DNA from: [Eubacterium] saphenum
GTDB lineage: Bacteria > Bacillota > Clostridia > Peptostreptococcales > Anaerovoracaceae
Length of the DNA stretch: 64,000 bases
Reading direction: 5' to 3'
NCBI GenBank assembly: GCA_004555725.1
Contig: SFHC01000012.1
Coordinates: forward strand, 89 to 64,088
Below are positions 28,492 to 36,585 of the stretch, one piece after another. The first letter of the stretch is position 1, and the number at the start of each line of letters is the position of its first letter. The notes beneath the pieces are model-generated. The model searched no databases and was not told the origin of the DNA. It saw only the letters and a list, made by a program, of their open reading frames with translations. The position numbers and the translations under genes were made by a program.

Positions 28492-28544
28492 CATTCCCCC
28501 CGATCGGTGGACTCTTCCACTCGCCGGGGGGAATGTTTATTTTC
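28492..28544 (+). terminator. rho-independent terminator of the Crp/Fnr gene
   Basis: Stem CATTCCCCCCGA / TCGCCGGGGGGAATG, followed by TTTATTTTC. Confidence 0.65.
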
Positions 28545-28617
28545 CATTTCAGCCAGTAATACCTTTCCTCAAATCCGTATTTCTGGTCTTTTTCTTAATG
28601 CTCTTTCTGTGAAGGAA

Positions 28618-29715
28618 TTATGCCAGGGCGATCTGTTCGTCCGCTGCGTCCTGCTCCTGACATCCGCTGAAATTATCCTCTCGCTGTTCTTTTCTCATGC
28701 CATCCTGAAAACGCGCATATCCGTAATCGATGATTCGGTCTATAAGTTCCGTAAAGCTTACGCCTTTCTCTTTCCAGATCATCGGGAACATGCTGAGACT
28801 GGTGAATCCAGGGATCGTGTTCAGCTCATTGATGTACAGTTTTCCGGTTTTCCGGTCCACGAGAAAGTCCACGCGGGCGCATCCGGCGCAGTCCAGCGCC
28901 TGATATGCGCGAATCGCAGTCTGTTTCACCTGCTCAATCAGTTCATCGTCCAGCTGAGCCGGAACCTGAATGATCGTGCCTGCGTCTTCCTGATACTTTG
29001 CCGTATAATCATAAAAATCTCTGGCTGCCTGAATGCTTCCGACTGCTGCGCACTCCGGACGGTCATTTCCAATCACGCCGGTTTCCACCTCCAGAGCGTC
29101 AACGCCGTTTTCTACAACAATTCTCCGGTCAAAGCGCGCAGCTTCAAGCATACCGTTTTTCAGCTCTTCTCTGGTGCGGACCTTGGAGATTCCTACACTG
29201 GATCCTGTATTTGCCGGCTTGACGAACATCGGATAATGCAGATCCGCTTCACAGCGGTCAGCTGCTTCTTCCAGATGCGAGGAGAGTTCATCTCTTAAAA
29301 TCAGCTGAAAATCCGGTGTCGGAAGGCTGCAGCTCTGGAACACAAGCTTAGATGCCGCCTTATCCATAGCCAGTGAAGACGCCAGAACTCCGCATCCGGC
29401 ATACGGAACACCCAGCATCTCAAACAGTCCCTGAATGGTTCCGTCCTCACCGTATTTCCCATGAAGAACCGGAAAGACAAGATCCAGATCATGCAGTTTC
29501 TCCAGGCTGAACGGTTCTGCATATTCCTCCCAGTTTTCATCTGTCATCATGGAAACCGGACCGCAGAATTTCTTCCATTCGCCGCTCTTGCTGATGCCGA
29601 TCAGGACCGGCTCATGTTTCTGTTTATTGATGGCTTCTGCAACCGATCTTGCGGATACCAGAGACACCTCATGCTCTGTGGATTTTCCCCCAAAGATAAT
29701 TCCGATTCTATCCAT
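28618..29715 (-). CDS. ddl: D-alanine--D-alanine ligase
   Basis: 365 aa. IIFGGKSTEHEVSLVSA. The omega-loop reads FYDYTAKY, with the Tyr typical of D-Ala-D-Ala rather than D-Ala-D-Lac ligases. About 25 aa acidic C-terminal tail. Confidence 0.9.
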   Translation of the reverse strand: MDRIGIIFGGKSTEHEVSLVSARSVAEAINKQKHEPVLIGISKSGEWKKFCGPVSMMTDENWEEYAEPFSLEKLHDLDLVFPVLHGKYGEDGTIQGLFEMLGVPYAGCGVLASSLAMDKAASKLVFQSCSLPTPDFQLILRDELSSHLEEAADRCEADLHYPMFVKPANTGSSVGISKVRTREELKNGMLEAARFDRRIVVENGVDALEVETGVIGNDRPECAAVGSIQAARDFYDYTAKYQEDAGTIIQVPAQLDDELIEQVKQTAIRAYQALDCAGCARVDFLVDRKTGKLYINELNTIPGFTSLSMFPMIWKEKGVSFTELIDRIIDYGYARFQDGMRKEQREDNFSGCQEQDAADEQIALA

Positions 29716-29951
29716 TTCTGCTTCTGCCCCTTTCGCCTTCTACTCGCGCAGTTCTGTTCTCTCAGTTAGTTTTCTCTTCGTATAAGAATCTACCACTTCT
29801 GCAATTACAATTCCATACGAAGATATTGAAACTATTTTCAATGAATAAAAAACTGCCCGTCTTCCAGCATCTGATGACGCCGGAGAACGGACAGTTCCCT
29901 TGCACCGTTATTCTTTTGTCAGAAAACAACTGTGTACAGATCATCCGGCTG

Positions 29952-31199
29952 CTATACGCCTGCGCCGAGGAAACCGCCGACCAGAACACCGAGATATGTT
30001 CCGATGACGTATCCGAAAGTGCCGACAAGCATGACTGGTCCGACCAGCTTGCTCCAGCCCTGTGAAATAGCCATTCCTGCTGCAGTCGTCGGTCCTCCGA
30101 TATTGGCATTGGATGCCAGGATGCAGTCTTCCAGATCGAAATGGAGAAGTTTGCCACCGATGAAGCAGAACAGCATATTGACCACAACCATGATCAGAGT
30201 GAACAGGAACAGTGACGGAGTCTTGGTCAGAATCTGAACGATGGACGCCGGTACTCCGATGACAAACAGGAACATGTAAATGAAATATGTTCCGATTTCC
30301 TGTGAACCGTTCAGCTTGCTGATCTTGTCTTCACCGTATGTAGCGGCGATCATGGACAGTGTGGTAATCCAGACGTACTGGCTTCCGAAGAACATGTTGC
30401 ACATCTTCAGGACTGGGCTGGATGTCGGAATCGCAGCGGTGATGCCTGCAGAAATCAGATTGGACAGGAACACGATGGTAACTGAGTATCCCAGATTCAG
30501 CGCGATGTCCTTCAGAGAGATGTCCTTGCGGCTCCAGTATGCCGCAGCCTGTGTCTTGGATTCATCCAATCCCTGACTCTCAACCTCATCAATGTGCGGA
30601 TGGGTGAAGTGTTTGCGGAAGAATTTCATTCCGGCAAACATAATCAGTACAAAGAAGTAGACAGCCATCAGGAGGTTATCCGCAACGGTGGTTGCACCAA
30701 CTGTACCGCCTGGAACCTTGAACTGCGCAGCCAGCGCCGCAAAGTTCACACCGCCGCCGATATAAGATCCGGTCATCATCGCCGCAACATCTGCTGGGTG
30801 CGGAACCACGTCCTTCAGCAGACCGAACGCACAGAATGCGCCGACAACCGTTCCGACCGCGCCGATCAGGAAAACGATCATCATCTTTCCGGTTTCTTTC
30901 CAGATCTTCTTCATATTGCACTGCATGAGAAGAAGCGGAATACCCAGCGGAACAGCATAGCCCCAGATGACATCATCATACAATGTGCTGTGGATTGGGA
31001 TAATGCCAACATTAGAAAGCACGAGCGCAATGATCAGTGCGATAATTGCTCCGGAAACCTTGGATGCCCAGGTATATTTCTGTTCCAGGTAAATTGCCGC
31101 AGCCGTACTGACGAGCAGCACAAACAGCAGAGCCCAGGTATCCGATGCGGCAATCAGAGATGACCTGCCCAGCGTGTGCTGGAAAAAAGAACTTAACAT
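29952..31199 (-). CDS. DUF819 family polytopic membrane protein (putative transporter)
   Basis: 415 aa, more than 10 predicted TM helices. The N-terminus ...WALLFVLLVSTAAAIYLEQKYTWASKVSGAIIALIIALVLSNVGIIP is typical of DUF819. Confidence 0.75.
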   Translation of the reverse strand: MLSSFFQHTLGRSSLIAASDTWALLFVLLVSTAAAIYLEQKYTWASKVSGAIIALIIALVLSNVGIIPIHSTLYDDVIWGYAVPLGIPLLLMQCNMKKIWKETGKMMIVFLIGAVGTVVGAFCAFGLLKDVVPHPADVAAMMTGSYIGGGVNFAALAAQFKVPGGTVGATTVADNLLMAVYFFVLIMFAGMKFFRKHFTHPHIDEVESQGLDESKTQAAAYWSRKDISLKDIALNLGYSVTIVFLSNLISAGITAAIPTSSPVLKMCNMFFGSQYVWITTLSMIAATYGEDKISKLNGSQEIGTYFIYMFLFVIGVPASIVQILTKTPSLFLFTLIMVVVNMLFCFIGGKLLHFDLEDCILASNANIGGPTTAAGMAISQGWSKLVGPVMLVGTFGYVIGTYLGVLVGGFLGAGV

Positions 31200-31310
31200 A
31201 GTCAGTGAACTCCTTTCTTTTCATGAATATTTTGATTCTATCCATTGTTCAAGTGTTGAAAATAATTTTAATACTGTTCAGGAAATTCTGCAAGCACTTC
31301 TCTGCGACTA

Positions 31311-32024
31311 TCAGAAGGTGAAAATCCCCTGATAGATCGCTTTCTGACCCCTTGCGTGCGCCCAGTTCATATCACCGTACTCATAATGCCACCACTCTGA
31401 CGGCAGATTGGTGAACCCAGCTTCCAGCATGATATGATAGAGAATCCTGCGGTTATTCCGAATTTCTTCTGCATCCTCACATCCTTCCGCTTCCGGAGTT
31501 TCATAAAATGCCGTCCTTGTCGCTTTGGAAAACGCGTCAAATTCCGTTCCCATCTTCAGCAGACGGCCATCTGGCCCTTCAATGGTGAGATCCAGGGCGC
31601 CTCCGGTCGTGTGCGCCGGCGGAAACTCTGTGTCATTCACCGGATTTGCCACAAACATAGAGATTCTGCGGATTCTTTCTTTTTCATCGAGTTTCTCCAG
31701 ATGAAAATCCTTAATGATAGCTTCAGAATAAGACTCGAACAGTTCTTTCTGCAGCGCAAATGGTCTCCAGGCATCCCAGATCACAAACCGGTATCCGTCC
31801 GGAAGGCCCTGCGCCGCTTTCTGCAGCATCTCCTGCACTTCCGTCCGCAGAAGGCATCGCGTTTCTGCATGCACACACCCTCTTTCCGGGTACTGCATCT
31901 CTATTCTGATCTTCTCATTTTCCTGCACCGGAACCAAAGGTGAATCCTTAAATTCATGTTCCCTGTAAATCCCCGGATCCGGTTCTACGGGAATTGGTTT
32001 TATCTTGTAGTCCGACATTTCCAC
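31311..32024 (-). CDS. ddpX: D-alanyl-D-alanine dipeptidase (M15D, VanX/DdpX type)
   Basis: 237 aa. Zn-ligand motifs HTTGGALD (HxxGxAxD) and EWWHYEY (ExxH). Confidence 0.85.
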   Translation of the reverse strand: MEMSDYKIKPIPVEPDPGIYREHEFKDSPLVPVQENEKIRIEMQYPERGCVHAETRCLLRTEVQEMLQKAAQGLPDGYRFVIWDAWRPFALQKELFESYSEAIIKDFHLEKLDEKERIRRISMFVANPVNDTEFPPAHTTGGALDLTIEGPDGRLLKMGTEFDAFSKATRTAFYETPEAEGCEDAEEIRNNRRILYHIMLEAGFTNLPSEWWHYEYGDMNWAHARGQKAIYQGIFTF

Positions 32025-32269
32025 ATTCCTCCTTTAATATGTAAAACCCTGTATTCAATATATTGAACGATCATTTGTTATTATAATAGCACATATTTTT
32101 GTATATGTAAACCAATAACCGCGGTCTTTTTGTTGTGCAATTATACAATATACACGATCATGTAAATATTTATCCTATAACCGCACGTATATATGTTAAT
32201 TATTTCACACGCAGCAGAATGATACTCCCCCCTTTGACCGTTTCATCCGATCCGCACCTTCAGCATATG

Positions 32270-32313
32270 AAAAACCGCGGGGTTCAGAGCATTTCTGCTT
32301 CGATTCCCCGCGG
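32270..32313 (-). terminator. rho-independent terminator of the beta-helix protein gene
   Basis: Stem CCGCGGGG / CCCCGCGG, followed on the minus strand by TTTTT. Confidence 0.6.
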
Positions 32314-32340
32314 CCCCAGCCTTTCACTTTTATACTTAAC

Positions 32341-33258
32341 TTAATACTTAACCGTTTTATTGCCTTTGATGCTGATCTTCGATGTGTGCTTAGTAATAAA
32401 CGGTTTGTAGTGGTACCAGATCTTGTTATTACTGATCTTTACACTGGTGGTCAGTTTATTTCCTCTTACCGTCTGGGCGCATTCAATTCCTGTCGGATAA
32501 TGAATCTTACATCCACTAATGGTAATAGTTCTGCAAGGCGTCCCGTCAAACGTTCTTCCTCTCGGATTATTAACTGCTGCTGTGCAGGCATCCAGCTGAA
32601 TCGCGCCGTTGTTCGAAGATCCGTAATAGAAACCTGCCTTCCCGCTTGCGGTCATTCCTATATTGCAGTTCTGGATTTTGCAGTTTTTACATCCTGTAAG
32701 CTCAATAATATGGGCATTGTAGCAGTTATACAGCGTTGCATCTTTAATGGTGATATTTTTTGCGTGCAGGAAGTTAACGACATTGCATCCGTTTTTATAC
32801 CCTTCTTTGCTTCCCGCTCCGGCTCTGGTCTTTTTTGTGCCGATCCATGTGCCGCCTTTGATCGTAATGTCATGCACCGCATTGTATCCCTTAATCTTAG
32901 AATTGTTGCATCGTTCATCCGGCTGGCTCAGCATCGTGCAGCCTGGCATATCCTCCACAATCGTCGCGCCGGTCGCGTCAATTGTCGTATTGCTCGGCAC
33001 TCGGATCATTCCCGAAATATGATAGGTATGGCCAGGCTGAAACTTTACGGTCTTTCCGCCGTTTCCGACAGCCGTTTTAATTGCCGTCCAGTATCCTGCC
33101 GTCGACTTGGGAGACATCGACTCTGGCGTAATCATCACCACATTCTGACTGGTTGAGGTTTCTGCCGTCTGCGCTGCAAACACTGCCGGCGCCGGAACTA
33201 TACTCATCGCCGTTCCAACAACCGCTGCCATAATCCACCCAAGTAACTTCTTCTTCAT
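32341..33258 (-). CDS. secreted right-handed parallel beta-helix repeat protein
   Basis: 305 aa. Signal peptide ending VFAAQT. Repeated PbH1-like turns (ITIKGGTW, ITIKDATLYNCYNAHIIELTGCKNCKIQNCNI, ITISGCKIH). Confidence 0.65.
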   Translation of the reverse strand: MKKKLLGWIMAAVVGTAMSIVPAPAVFAAQTAETSTSQNVVMITPESMSPKSTAGYWTAIKTAVGNGGKTVKFQPGHTYHISGMIRVPSNTTIDATGATIVEDMPGCTMLSQPDERCNNSKIKGYNAVHDITIKGGTWIGTKKTRAGAGSKEGYKNGCNVVNFLHAKNITIKDATLYNCYNAHIIELTGCKNCKIQNCNIGMTASGKAGFYYGSSNNGAIQLDACTAAVNNPRGRTFDGTPCRTITISGCKIHYPTGIECAQTVRGNKLTTSVKISNNKIWYHYKPFITKHTSKISIKGNKTVKY

Positions 33259-33402
33259 GAAATATCGCCCTCCTTTCTCGTTCCCTCATTTCCATGAAAT
33301 ATACTCATGAACATTACTATTGTACTCCTCTTTTAACATCACGGCAATTTTGTCACAGCATATTATTAATTCAGACAAAAACAACCCAGCAAGGAGACAA
33401 GT

Positions 33403-34434
33403 TTATTTCCAGGAAACACGCGCAAGAAATTCGCTGTCCTGGATCTGCGCGCTTTTCACCGCCCGGGTAATCGCTTCCTGCATGACCTGCGAGGCAAGAC
33501 TTCCGGTTAAATTGACATCTGCTTTTATATCTCCGATGCTGGCAGCGTAGATCGTATCTCCGTCCGACATCGTCGCAACCGGACGAATGCAGCGCGCGTA
33601 GGCGTTCTGCGCCATTGAAGCAATTTTATTCATCTGTGCTTTATGAAACTCTGCATTGGTTATTACCGCGCCGATGGTAGTGTTCTGCGGAACTGCAGAA
33701 CCTTCTTCAGCTTGTTTTCCGTCCGCTGCTGTTCTGCATTCCTTCTGCGCCCTCTGACTTTCTCTATAGACTTCAGCCATGTATGCCTCCGCGTCCAGCC
33801 AATCGGTCCGTTCATCATTCTTCATGCCGGCGAGTTTCTGTCCGGTAGACGGATCATAGACATCTCCCATGGCATTGACAGAAACAACAGCGGCCATCTT
33901 CAGTTCCCCAAGCTGGACGGCGAACCATCCGAGACCGGATTTACAGGCATTGCGCATCGTTTTCAGCTTGCCGACGGTCGCGCCGGTTCCTGCTCCGGCA
34001 TTTCCCATTACAAGGGGTTTCTGCAACAATGCATTTTCACAGGCCGCATATCCCATAGATGCATCCGGACGGACATCGGCACGCCCGTAGTTCAGATCGT
34101 AAATACAGGACTGGCAGACAAGCGGAACCAGAGCGAACGATGTCTGATACCCGATTCCACGCTTTTCCAGACACTCCATCACGCCCTGTGCCGCAGCCAG
34201 GCCATATGCGGAACCGCCGGAAAGCACAATGCTGTGGATGCGGTTCTCTGCTGTTTCTGAATACGTCAGACCCGTTTCCCTCGACGCAGGCCCTCCTCCG
34301 CTGATTTTACATCCCGCTGCCGCACCCCGCGGAAAAACAAGTGCGGTAACTCCTGTTCCGGCCTCTTCATCCTGTGCATTTCCCGCATACAAACCTTCTA
34401 TCTCCTGCAGATCAATTTCTTTATCCCACATCAT
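33403..34434 (-). CDS. P1 (S58, DmpA/BapA-like) family aminopeptidase
   Basis: Probable start MMWDKEIDL at 34434 (the track start at 34560 adds a Lys/Cys-rich leader). GTGVTALVF...ISGGGPASRETG...LSGGSAYGLAAA blocks. Confidence 0.75.
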   Translation of the reverse strand: MMWDKEIDLQEIEGLYAGNAQDEEAGTGVTALVFPRGAAAGCKISGGGPASRETGLTYSETAENRIHSIVLSGGSAYGLAAAQGVMECLEKRGIGYQTSFALVPLVCQSCIYDLNYGRADVRPDASMGYAACENALLQKPLVMGNAGAGTGATVGKLKTMRNACKSGLGWFAVQLGELKMAAVVSVNAMGDVYDPSTGQKLAGMKNDERTDWLDAEAYMAEVYRESQRAQKECRTAADGKQAEEGSAVPQNTTIGAVITNAEFHKAQMNKIASMAQNAYARCIRPVATMSDGDTIYAASIGDIKADVNLTGSLASQVMQEAITRAVKSAQIQDSEFLARVSWK

Positions 34435-34716
34435 TTCAGCATACGTTCCTTTCTCATCCGTACATGTACATCCTGCATCTGAACATCTTTCTTTACTTTT
34501 CTTCTCCTGCTTGAGATACTTTGATGAAGCTGTCCGTAATTCTATGCGGCGCATGTACACCTATGTTTTTTTGCCCTTTTGCTGACAAAAGCCAGTTCTT
34601 CTGCTTTACAAAATATTTTACCACGGTAAAATAAAAATATGGAAATACAATGCATAAAAGTATTTCAGACGTGCGTGTATAAATAATTTCAAATAGTCAG
34701 AAAGGAATGTATAGAA

Positions 34717-35094
34717 ATGTCTTATGAACTCATTTACAAACTGACCCATTATCCTGGTTTTGTATATAAAATGAATGATCATTATTATTATATCGGAAGA
34801 TGTCAGTTTGAAGAGGTTACAGATCAGGACGTCACCGACAGCTACGAGATGTTCCATATCTTTGGCCGCGAAAAGAATAATCTCGATACGGCGCAGTATT
34901 TTGCAAAACTGCGCGCATATGCCGATATGGCTCTGACACCTCCGGCTGACCCGGAAGGCGCAAAAAAGAAACTGGAAGAATTTCTTGATGAGCTGAATCC
35001 GATGGAAGCGGCCCTTTTCGGCGGCCAGGTTACCGATTTTGAGCATTGCTTTGAAATGTTCAACGGACCTCTGGATGAAGTCAAGATGGACTGA
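34717..35094 (+). CDS. hypothetical protein
   Basis: 125 aa. RBS AAAGGAA upstream. One of the few plus-strand genes here. No family recognised. Confidence 0.5.
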   Translation: MSYELIYKLTHYPGFVYKMNDHYYYIGRCQFEEVTDQDVTDSYEMFHIFGREKNNLDTAQYFAKLRAYADMALTPPADPEGAKKKLEEFLDELNPMEAALFGGQVTDFEHCFEMFNGPLDEVKMD

Positions 35095-35169
35095 CGGAAC
35101 GGATTTCTGTTGTGTATCGTCCCATCTTCTTCAGCAGATTACACAGTTAAACATACTGCACATAACAAC

Positions 35170-35230
35170 GGCGGCGCGCACACGAGACTCCGGGTTCTCC
35201 GGAATTCCGCGTACGCGCCGCCTTATCATT
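35170..35230. terminator. GC-rich hairpin between convergent genes
   Basis: Stem GGCGGCGCG / CGCGCCGCC with a ~35-nt loop, followed by TTATCATTT on the plus strand. Confidence 0.45.
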
Positions 35231-35337
35231 TCGATTTGCTTTTCACTTCTTCCTGTTCGTGCCGTTTGTTACTCTGCAGGAATTCAGTCCGTCAGCTCCT
35301 TGCGTTTGCCTTTTGCCGCCCGGAAAACACAGCCCGG

Positions 35338-36531
35338 CTATTTCAGTTTCTGAATAAACCGCATGCCGCTCGGATTCTTACTCTGGATCAGCGTATTAAA
35401 ATCAACAATAATATCACCGGCCTGATCCGGACGCTGGTACATGGACGATCCGGCAATCCAGCAGTTCCCGTCTCTGACAGCCTTCAGCTTCCTTATCGCC
35501 GGATCCTTCGCCTTCAGATCAGCTAATGTTCTCACACTGCTGTCGATGCTTCCGTTATAGACGATGATATCTGCGTCTTTTGTCAGCTCGTAGAATTTCT
35601 CCATGTTCATCGGCACGGAAATGCTCTTGCTCGTTTTTCCGACGGAATCATATGCATATGTCCCGCCTGCCATCTTGATCATCGCCGGAACGTAATCATC
35701 GGAGCGGCGGACGACAGCTTTCCCGTCTGTGGAAATGTAGAAGAAAGCGACTGTTTTATGCACACCTTTCTTCAAATGTCTGGTTTTCTCTTCCTGCTTA
35801 TTAAAAAACTTCTCCGCCTGACTTTCCCGGTTCATCAAAACGCCGTAAAGCTTGATCCATTCCATTCTGCCAAGCGGGGTGTCTTCATAACTTGAGCGGT
35901 CCACCAAGACCGGAATATGCAGTTTTTCTATCATATTTTTCACTTCCGGCGTGTGATAGATCATCGTGGACTCCAGCGCAAGATCAGACTTCTCTTTTAC
36001 CAGAAGTTCATAATCCGGCTCGCTGTACTTTCCTGCGAACAGCATCTCTTTCTTTTCCATCCGCTTTTTCGGCTCGGAAAATGACCACTCCGATGCCCGG
36101 ATTGAACTCATCCGAACGGCCTGATCGCCCTGAATGTCACAGAGGAGGGACATTGCCGCCGTCGCTGCCAGATAGACATTCTTCAGCGGCTGCCGGATCA
36201 CTGTAATATCATCAGAAAGCCCTTTTGGCTTGCTCTTTCCCTTTGGAACAACCAGAAAGCTGCCCTCTTGCTTAATAGAAATAACCTTATATCCGCCCTG
36301 ATAACGGTATACCTGAAACTGCTTTGCATAATCCAGTTTCAGGGAAGACTGATACTTCAATCCGGAAATATCCGGATGGCTGCCGGAGCTGCTCCTGGCA
36401 GATCTGCTTCCGGAGCCGGACGAGGATCCCGGTCCGCCGCATCCGGTGATCAGCGCCATCACCATGATAATCGACAGCACGAGCGCGGCCGTCTGTTTTG
36501 CCTTTCCCTTTATTTCTGCATATCTGTTCAT
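35338..36531 (-). CDS. ABC transporter substrate-binding lipoprotein, cluster A (BtuF/FhuD/Peripla_BP_2 type)
   Basis: 397 aa. Lipobox ALITGCGG and a Ser/Gly linker. N-lobe (LKLDYAKQFQVYRY...VIRQPLKNVYL) and C-lobe typical of siderophore/heme/cobalamin binding proteins. Last gene of the riboswitch-gated unit. Confidence 0.85.
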   Translation of the reverse strand: MNRYAEIKGKAKQTAALVLSIIMVMALITGCGGPGSSSGSGSRSARSSSGSHPDISGLKYQSSLKLDYAKQFQVYRYQGGYKVISIKQEGSFLVVPKGKSKPKGLSDDITVIRQPLKNVYLAATAAMSLLCDIQGDQAVRMSSIRASEWSFSEPKKRMEKKEMLFAGKYSEPDYELLVKEKSDLALESTMIYHTPEVKNMIEKLHIPVLVDRSSYEDTPLGRMEWIKLYGVLMNRESQAEKFFNKQEEKTRHLKKGVHKTVAFFYISTDGKAVVRRSDDYVPAMIKMAGGTYAYDSVGKTSKSISVPMNMEKFYELTKDADIIVYNGSIDSSVRTLADLKAKDPAIRKLKAVRDGNCWIAGSSMYQRPDQAGDIIVDFNTLIQSKNPSGMRFIQKLK

Positions 36532-36585
36532 CTGATTCTGCTCTTTTCTCTGTTTCCGTATGTTAATATTTGCTTTCTGACAGAA

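Noticed and set aside
28618-32024. Vancomycin-resistance (van) cluster interpretation of ddl plus a VanX-like dipeptidase
   Set aside because: The ligase has the Tyr-containing omega loop (TAKY) of D-Ala-D-Ala ligases. There is no vanH dehydrogenase, no vanRS and no vanY/W nearby.
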